Assembly (NCBI GenBank): GCA_040081625.1
Contig: JBEBGD010000006.1
Span: 42,926 to 106,925, forward strand
DNA: 64,000 nucleotides
Source of the DNA: Chthoniobacteraceae bacterium
Lineage (GTDB): Bacteria > Verrucomicrobiota > Verrucomicrobiia > Chthoniobacterales > Chthoniobacteraceae
Direction of reading: 5' to 3'
Shown: positions 57,933-64,000 of the stretch, in pieces
How positions within the stretch are numbered: the stretch's first letter is position 1
How the letters are laid out: each line of letters starts with the position of its first letter
Notes under the pieces: model-generated
The model's input: the letters and a program-made list of their open reading frames with translations, nothing else
What the model was told of the DNA's origin: nothing
The model's database searches: none
Translations under genes and position numbers: made by a program

Positions 57933-58177
57933 CCACCGACCTCACCGACCTCGAACAACAGAAAGCCCTCGACCACATCCGCGAACTGATGAGCGCCCAT
58001 TGGCGCGAAGCCCAGGACGCCCAGGACGACGACGGCAAATTCGGCATCGGCTTCAAAGTGAGCTTCGACCGCGGCGCATCGCCGACGAAACTCAAAGTCA
58101 CCTGCCGCATCTCGAAGACGTTCACCGACGAAATCGAGAGCGAGGTCGAAGACCCTCAGCAGCCAAAGCTGCTCTGA
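57929..58177 (+). CDS. Small hypothetical protein
   Basis: ATGA-coupled, 82 aa. Confidence 0.55.
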   Translation: MTTDLTDLEQQKALDHIRELMSAHWREAQDAQDDDGKFGIGFKVSFDRGASPTKLKVTCRISKTFTDEIESEVEDPQQPKLL

Positions 58178-58212
58178 CCATTTGCGCGCGGCGTTGACGT
58201 GGTGCGGTGGCG

Positions 58213-58575
58213 ATGCGTCTCCGCTTCCGCGACAAAACTCCGTCATCCCGGCTGGAACGAAGGTTCCTGCTCTACTGGCAATCTCTCGGCGGCCCCGTGC
58301 TCGAACGTGAGTATCGGTTCCATCCGACGCGCAAGTGGCGTGCAGATTTCGCGCACGTCGAAAGCCGCACGTTGATCGAGGTCGAGGGCGGAATCTACAT
58401 CGCCGGTGGTGGCCGGCACAATCGAGCGGCGGGCTTCCTCGCGGATCTCGAAAAGTATTTGGAAGCAGCGCTCGCGGGTTGGCGTGTCGTGCGCCTGGCG
58501 GAGCCGCTCATCACCGCCCCGATGGTCGAGCGGCTGATCGCGTTCGTGCGCGGCGGGGGTGTAAAGTCGGTGTAA
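58213..58575 (+). CDS. Phage Vsr/DUF559-like PD-(D/E)XK endonuclease
   Basis: EYRFHPTRKWRADFA, IEVEGG, GRHNR, D.EKY..A...GWRV. Confidence 0.8.
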   Translation: MRLRFRDKTPSSRLERRFLLYWQSLGGPVLEREYRFHPTRKWRADFAHVESRTLIEVEGGIYIAGGGRHNRAAGFLADLEKYLEAALAGWRVVRLAEPLITAPMVERLIAFVRGGGVKSV

Positions 58576-58725
58576 GGTTGCCGCCCAACCTTACACCTCT
58601 TGGAGCACGAATTTCCTCTAGTGATTCTGGCAGAGGTTCCGGTGTAGTCCTCTCATCTCAAGGCACTTGTATGAGCGTTTGTGGCGCGTATCAGCGCACG
58701 TTCGGCGCATCGAAAGGTGTAAGGT
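58558..58725. repeat. GGTGTAAGGT repeats, including a perfect 12-bp hairpin
   Basis: GGTGTAAGGTTG-CCGCC-CAACCTTACACC at 58569-58597; further copies at 58558 (one mismatch) and 58716. Confidence 0.7.
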
Positions 58726-59036
58726 GCGAAAAACAGCCCCGCATGGGATTGGAGTGATTGTCGCCTAAACCAAGTGGATGACTCACTCTCATAAAAGATT
58801 GCTTCTCACTCTCTCGAACTCGCTCTCGCACACTCTCGCTCGCTTCGCCTCACGCGCAGCGCGGTCGGGGCTCCGCTACGAAACGGCTGCCCTCGCGCTG
58901 GCCGCTGGTGACGTCCGCGCCGTCACTGCAAAAGCGGGCGAGGGTCATGGCGGTTGAAGGCGACCGCGCCGTTCCAGCGCCCCTGGCAAAACGGGATGGT
59001 CACGGGCTGAACGCGTGAGTATAAGCGCCTACGCTT

Positions 59037-61724
59037 ATGGCGACGACGTTTCAGGATATAGAGAAGTTCGACAATGGCGCTCACTTTTACAACGCCGATT
59101 TGCATGTGCATTCCTACGGCGGCTCCCACGATGTAAAGGATGTCGCGATGACCCCCGAAGCCATTGTCGACGAAGCTGTGAAAATGGGCCTGGGATTGGT
59201 TGCCATCACCGACCACAATTCAGACGCCAATACGCAAAAGGCCATCGACCACGCCCAGAAATATGCCGGGGTGCTTCTAGTTCTCGCTGGGGTCGAAATC
59301 TCCACGGCGCACGGTCACCTGCTTGTTTATGCCGCCCCGGACAAGGCGGCTTTGATACGAAATCTGCTCGCGAAAATAAATCTCGTCGGAGACTCGGGAG
59401 ACCAAGACGCGCATACGGCGATGTCGATGGCGGACGTGATCAAGGAGGCCGCGCACTTGGGATGCGTCTCGGTCGCCGCACATATTGATCGGCAAAAAAG
59501 CGGCTTCGAAATGCTCGCGCAGGGATATCCGAATTGGAAGAAAGACATCTTGAGCAGTCCCGGCCTCTATGGTTTTGAATGCGACGACTCGGCGCACCTT
59601 TGCTGGTATTCCGAGGCGGATGAGGCGACCAACGATGGCGCAAATCGCAAATCGCTCTTTACTGGCCGCCTCACGGCGCCTGCGACGATGGGCCGACCAG
59701 AACTTGCACACATTCAGGGCTCAGACGCTCACTCACTCCACAAGTTCGTTACCGGGCGCTCTGGAAAGCTCCTCACTCGCTTCAAGCTCAATGAACTGAG
59801 CTTTGACGCGTTCCGCATCGCTCTCACAGATCCCGACGCGCGTGTGCGCGCCCTCGCCACGATTCCCCGTTCGCTGCCGCGCATCCTCGGTATGCAGGTT
59901 TCAGGCGGGTTTTTGGACGGCCAAACCTTCTACTTTAGTGATAACCTCAATTGCTTCATCGGCGGACGTGGCACCGGGAAATCTTCTGCCCTCAAGACTC
60001 TTGCGTTTGGCTTGGGGCTTGATGACGAACTCGATGATCAAGATAACTGTCCTGGAACTGTGGTAGTGTATTGCCAGGACGCGAACGACGTTCGGTATCG
60101 TTACGAACGTATTCAGGGTGGGCGGCCGATTGTGAAGGCTAAGGATGAGGGAGAAATTCTCGACGTTCCCGATACAGCTTTTCGAGTCGAATATTACAGA
60201 CAAGGCGAGCTAGCCGAAGTTTCCAAAAACCCGCTCAAGACTCCTCGCCTGTTGCAGGAGTTTCTCGACCGGCACCTCATCCTTTCAGATTTGATAAGCA
60301 AGGAAGCTCAGTTGGTCGCAACACTCAACCAGAATAGCGCCCAACTTATTCCGCTTGAGGGAACCGCGGCGCAACTGCCAGAAAAGAACCGCCTTTTAGG
60401 GGAGGCGAACAAGAAGCTAAGAATCGCGGAGGAAGGAAAATTAAAGGACGTTGCTGCGGAGCAATCGCAGCTTTCCGGCGAAAGGAGTCTTGGAAAATCC
60501 ATTGGAGATGTCAAAGAGGTCTATGCGCTGGGCCTGTCGCTTGCTGGTTTCTTGAAGGATTACGACGCGCTTGTTGAGGTCGCCAAGCCGCTGACTGGCG
60601 CTTTAGAATGCACATCGGCTCTGATGAAGATCAAAGCCTCCATCGAGCGGGCGAATCGCATGCTTGCAGAAAAGCAGAAGGAGATAAACGCCGCGCTGAC
60701 GGCGGAGGCCAGCGCAATAACCTCTGCCCTCGCAGAGCTTAAAGCAGCGCAAGGGAAACTCGAAGCCGTGTTGAACACCAAGATAACCGCCCTCCAGCAG
60801 CAAGGCTTGGCAGGAAATTTGGCAGAGCTGCAAACGCTCCTGAAACAGAAGGAATCGCTAACCTCAGAAATCACGAAGATAACCGGCAAGTCGCAACAAC
60901 TGAAACAGCTTCGTGACGACCGCCAAACATACTTGGAAGAGCTAGCGACTGTCCGAGATGAGATAACCCAACGGCGCAAAGCGCAACTGAGTTCGGTTAA
61001 TCAGAATCTTGCGAAGACGATACAAGATTTCACTGTATTCGTTCATTACGAGACGGCAGGAATCATCGACGAGTTCAAATCGTTCCTTTTAGACGCTATG
61101 CAAGGGACACATTTTCGGGAGGATGCAGCCAGTGCGTTTTGCTCCGGCATTATGCCTGCCGCCTTGGCGGGCCTCGTGTGGGCGCAGGACAAGACGGCAA
61201 TCGCTGCAATCGGGAATGTTGGAGTAGAATGGGCTGAGGAGCTTTTCAAGAAGCTGTGGTCATACGGTAAGCTCCATACCCTTGAAGTAATGTGGAAGGC
61301 TCCATGTCCCGTCTTTACCGTTAAGACGAAGGGAGCTAATCCGAAGAGTATCCCGGTCAATCTGCTCTCAGATGGACAGAAGCATACGATAATGCTAACC
61401 ATCGCGATGCTTGCAGAGTCGAACATCCCTCTCGTTATTGACCAACCGGAAGATGACTTGGACAACTCGTTCATCTTCACGACAGTTGTAAAGGTTCTTC
61501 GTGACATCAAAGAGCGCCGACAGGTCGTGCTCGTAACACACAATGCGAACATCGCAGTCCTTGGCGACGCTGAGTTGTTGTTTCCCATGCGTCGCGATGG
61601 CGATGGCGGAGGAGCATTTGACCGTGGCTCAATAGACAAAACAGCAACTAAAGAAGCGGTGGTGAGAATCTTGGAAGGCGGAGATGTCGCTTTTCGTCGT
61701 CGGAAAGAGATCTACGGATATTAG
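59037..61724 (+). CDS. PHP phosphoesterase fused to an SMC-like ATPase (TrlF / Ppl-like, putative anti-phage)
   Basis: DLHVHS, ITDHN, GVEI..GH, AHID, GSDAH; GGRGTGKS, LSDGQ, IDQPEDDLD, VTHNAN; visibly lower GC. Confidence 0.85.
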   Translation: MATTFQDIEKFDNGAHFYNADLHVHSYGGSHDVKDVAMTPEAIVDEAVKMGLGLVAITDHNSDANTQKAIDHAQKYAGVLLVLAGVEISTAHGHLLVYAAPDKAALIRNLLAKINLVGDSGDQDAHTAMSMADVIKEAAHLGCVSVAAHIDRQKSGFEMLAQGYPNWKKDILSSPGLYGFECDDSAHLCWYSEADEATNDGANRKSLFTGRLTAPATMGRPELAHIQGSDAHSLHKFVTGRSGKLLTRFKLNELSFDAFRIALTDPDARVRALATIPRSLPRILGMQVSGGFLDGQTFYFSDNLNCFIGGRGTGKSSALKTLAFGLGLDDELDDQDNCPGTVVVYCQDANDVRYRYERIQGGRPIVKAKDEGEILDVPDTAFRVEYYRQGELAEVSKNPLKTPRLLQEFLDRHLILSDLISKEAQLVATLNQNSAQLIPLEGTAAQLPEKNRLLGEANKKLRIAEEGKLKDVAAEQSQLSGERSLGKSIGDVKEVYALGLSLAGFLKDYDALVEVAKPLTGALECTSALMKIKASIERANRMLAEKQKEINAALTAEASAITSALAELKAAQGKLEAVLNTKITALQQQGLAGNLAELQTLLKQKESLTSEITKITGKSQQLKQLRDDRQTYLEELATVRDEITQRRKAQLSSVNQNLAKTIQDFTVFVHYETAGIIDEFKSFLLDAMQGTHFREDAASAFCSGIMPAALAGLVWAQDKTAIAAIGNVGVEWAEELFKKLWSYGKLHTLEVMWKAPCPVFTVKTKGANPKSIPVNLLSDGQKHTIMLTIAMLAESNIPLVIDQPEDDLDNSFIFTTVVKVLRDIKERRQVVLVTHNANIAVLGDAELLFPMRRDGDGGGAFDRGSIDKTATKEAVVRILEGGDVAFRRRKEIYGY

Positions 61725-61740
61725 ACCACCTGCATCTTAC

Positions 61741-62367
61741 CTATGTGAGAAAGCGATGCTTCGCCCAGCCACGGAATTCCTCGGTCACGGAGCGGAGCTG
61801 CACCGGATACGCGGAGTCCGCGCGCTTCATCACCACGCCCTCGAAGAAATCACAGCCGAGCGCGCGGTTGGCCTCGCGGAGCCGCTGGTAATACGCAAGC
61901 GCGTCGGCGTGTGAATCAGCGCGCCGTGTCGGCGTCAGGACCACGGCGCCGCATGGCACCGGGCGCGATGTGTCGCCATCGAAAATCGGATCACACGGGA
62001 GCAGCGATTCGAGCATCGCGCGGCGCGCGGTGTAAATCGGCGTGCCGGATTCGGGAATGACATCGAGCACGACGAGCGTGCCGCGACCGAGATTGTGCCG
62101 GCGTTCGAGGGCTTCGCAGTCGGCCCACACGAGGCCGCGACTGGCGAGCTTCGCCAACGTCGCCAGCACGGGCCGGAAACAGTCCGCGATGGTGAGCAGC
62201 GCACCGTGCCGATTCCACATCGTCCCGCTCGGCGTGTGGATGAGTGCGCGCCAGCCATTCAACTTGGGCTCTGCATACCACAGACCGCGCTTGGGTGGAG
62301 CCAACTCGAGACGACCGCCCTGGATTGGTCGCGCGGGATACGTGAGCAGCGGTATGTCTGTTGTCAC
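61741..62367 (-). CDS. Minimal ATP-dependent ligase-like nucleotidyltransferase (adenylation domain only)
   Basis: EPKLNGWR (I), DCE (III), VLDV (IIIa), EGVVMK (IV), WAKHR (V) at the very C-terminus. Confidence 0.75.
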   Translation of the reverse strand: MTTDIPLLTYPARPIQGGRLELAPPKRGLWYAEPKLNGWRALIHTPSGTMWNRHGALLTIADCFRPVLATLAKLASRGLVWADCEALERRHNLGRGTLVVLDVIPESGTPIYTARRAMLESLLPCDPIFDGDTSRPVPCGAVVLTPTRRADSHADALAYYQRLREANRALGCDFFEGVVMKRADSAYPVQLRSVTEEFRGWAKHRFLT

Positions 62368-62804
62368 AGCCCCATCCCTTTGAGTTCATGGACGAGCCGA
62401 TGCAGATTCACCATCGCCGTCGCGCGGAAATCTGGATGAGCGTCGTCCGATCTCAGCGCCGTTTGCAGTGCGAAGGCGCGCAGCATCAAATCCCACGCCC
62501 TCACCGGGGTTGAGTCGTCGAGTCGTTCGCTCCGTTCCCGAAGGGCATCGAGCCAAACGAGCATCTCACCCAACGCTGGTGCGGGGTTTCGTTTGGCCTC
62601 CGTTTGGGAAGGGCCGGATTCCGCGTTTATCAGGCGAATTTGACCTTCGATTTCCGCGCCGAGGGTGGAGGGATGGGCGCTCGCCTCGGATTCACGAACG
62701 GCCTTCTGATGGATGGCCTTCGCGGCGGCTTCGAGATCATCGATCGACACAACGCAACGCTCTTTGCCGAAAATGGTGAGGACGAGTGGTTCGCTAGTCT
62801 TCAT
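62364..62804 (-). CDS. Hypothetical protein
   Basis: Overlaps both neighbours in the minus-strand operon. Confidence 0.5.
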   Translation of the reverse strand: MKTSEPLVLTIFGKERCVVSIDDLEAAAKAIHQKAVRESEASAHPSTLGAEIEGQIRLINAESGPSQTEAKRNPAPALGEMLVWLDALRERSERLDDSTPVRAWDLMLRAFALQTALRSDDAHPDFRATAMVNLHRLVHELKGMGL

Positions 62805-63420
62805 CGGGAAGCATCACGGTTATCGCGGGCTGCGGGTCATCGATGTCGCGCGGGCCGCACACGGCCTTGAGATTCACAAGCGGCGGAGTGCGGTCGCGGT
62901 TGTTGTTGCGGACGTGCAGGCCGAAGAGCATCTGCGGGCCGCTCGTGCGGCGGGCAGCGCAGCGCAGCATCCAAACGATGTCCCACAGCCGGCCTTTCTC
63001 GTCCTGACAGCGCACACCATCGGGCACGGTGACGTAGCTCTCCCACACCGCGCGGGTGAGATAGACCGGGAACTTCAACCCGGCTTCGCGGGCGACCTCG
63101 CTCACGTCGATTTGCACGCCATCGGCGAGCGCGTCTTTGCGCGTGTAGGCGTAGATCACTTCCGCGCCGGCGAACGGGTCTTGCGCTTCGTCCATCAGCG
63201 CGACGTTCTCAACGTGGCGAGTGAGCGCGTCCGTGCGCTTGCTCTGCCACGGGACGACTTCCAGCGGGCCGTGGAGACGCTCCATCGCGCTCCGCAGCTC
63301 CGCCGCCGACTCATCATCGGCGGCGGTGAACACACCCGCGAGGTTCGCATTGCTCGTCGCCGTGTTCGTCGGCGAACTCACCCAGCGGCCGTCCGCCAGA
63401 CGCAGCGTGAACTTATTCAT
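62794..63420 (-). CDS. DUF6573-like mobile-element protein
   Basis: IYAYTRKDALADG, AREAG.KFPV.LT..VW, QDEKGRLWD, ends MLPDED. Confidence 0.7.
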   Translation of the reverse strand: MNKFTLRLADGRWVSSPTNTATSNANLAGVFTAADDESAAELRSAMERLHGPLEVVPWQSKRTDALTRHVENVALMDEAQDPFAGAEVIYAYTRKDALADGVQIDVSEVAREAGLKFPVYLTRAVWESYVTVPDGVRCQDEKGRLWDIVWMLRCAARRTSGPQMLFGLHVRNNNRDRTPPLVNLKAVCGPRDIDDPQPAITVMLPDED

Positions 63421-64000
63421 CGTCGCTCCCTCCGCGCCCGAGCTTCGTCTTCACGCTCGCGCTGATTGGCACGACCTTATCCAGTTCGTGATTCTGCTCC
63501 ACGGAGAACAGCGTGTGCCGCGCGGCGTGAAACTCCTTCGTCGGTTTGATGGTCGCTTTCGCCGAGAGCGCCGCGCTCGCCCCGTGGCGGGCGAACAACT
63601 CCTGCAACTCCGCGAGCAGCGGCTCAACCGCGGCATCGGGGATCACGTCGCCTTTGATCTTCAACTCGAAGGACTGCTTGAAATACCGCGCTGCGTGCTC
63701 CCCGGCGAGCCGCGTGATGGCAGGTTCATCGCTCGTGCCCCGGTAGGAGTTGCTGAAACCGACGCGCACGACCTTGCCGTCTGCCGAGCGCGCCTCGACC
63801 GACGACGCGATGGCGTGTTGGCCGTGGTGATGGGTGAAGTAGAACGGCTTCGCGATGGCGATCAACTCGGCCTTCTCCAGTTCGAGCGCGCCTTCGAGGG
63901 CTTCGACCTGCGCGCTCTTGTCGAGGATGCTGGTGACCAACTCGCCGACCTGTCCATCGGGGTCGGGCAGCAGCGGGTAGGCTTTCGCCGACTTGCTGGC
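63413..64000 (-). CDS. Hypothetical protein (5' end probably outside the window)
   Basis: Open frame runs to the window edge; overlaps the start of the DUF6573-like gene. Confidence 0.6.
   Translation of the reverse strand, partial: ASKSAKAYPLLPDPDGQVGELVTSILDKSAQVEALEGALELEKAELIAIAKPFYFTHHHGQHAIASSVEARSADGKVVRVGFSNSYRGTSDEPAITRLAGEHAARYFKQSFELKIKGDVIPDAAVEPLLAELQELFARHGASAALSAKATIKPTKEFHAARHTLFSVEQNHELDKVVPISASVKTKLGRGGSDDE

Larger units (their letters stand above)
19524..64000. mobile_element. tRNA-integrated genomic island or phage-related element with defence cargo (right end outside the window)
   Basis: att fragment, visibly less GC-extreme sequence, defence genes and a phage-type replication module. 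Confidence 0.8.

Noticed and set aside
48408..64000. Complete prophage or ICE
   Set aside because: No terminase large subunit, capsid, tail, relaxase, T4SS or integrase visible in the window; element class cannot be fixed.

Overview
The window has two parts. (1) Bases 1 to about 19520 are very GC-rich core chromosome typical of a PVC-superphylum bacterium (probably Verrucomicrobia; this is inference). They encode secreted hydrolases and dehydrogenases, sugar and amino-sugar catabolic enzymes, a PVC-type heme protein, a SPINDLY-like TPR glycosyltransferase, a GT4 and pdxA. (2) At 19524-19548 an isolated 3' end of a tRNA (probably tRNA-Pro, minus strand) marks an att site. An integrated element starts here and runs past the right edge of the window. 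Its left ~28 kb is a defence island: a WYL regulator, ARPP-1 and DUF932 genes, then two tandem PbeABCD-like modules (SF2 helicase, small protein, CxC Rad50/DndD-like ATPase, Dnd-associated protein 4). Neither helicase shows an intact PLD nuclease motif. Extra genes sit in or beside the modules: a DUF262-HNH protein, a sigma-like HTH plus MORC/GHKL ATPase, and an SBD-HNH phosphorothioate reader with a degenerate active site. These converge on a complete dndBCDE operon, followed by divergent dndA and a PT-associated methyltransferase. The right part is a phage-like replication module: a divergent pair of RHH regulators, an SSB-like protein, a PD-(D/E)XK nuclease, a Pif1 helicase and a 1591-aa primase-NTPase-PolA fusion containing two iteron-like arrays. 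A PHP-SMC ATPase (Ppl/TrlF-like) and a converging operon with a minimal ligase-like protein follow. No integrase, capsid or conjugation genes are visible in the window. All family calls come from motifs recognised by eye; no database searches were run.
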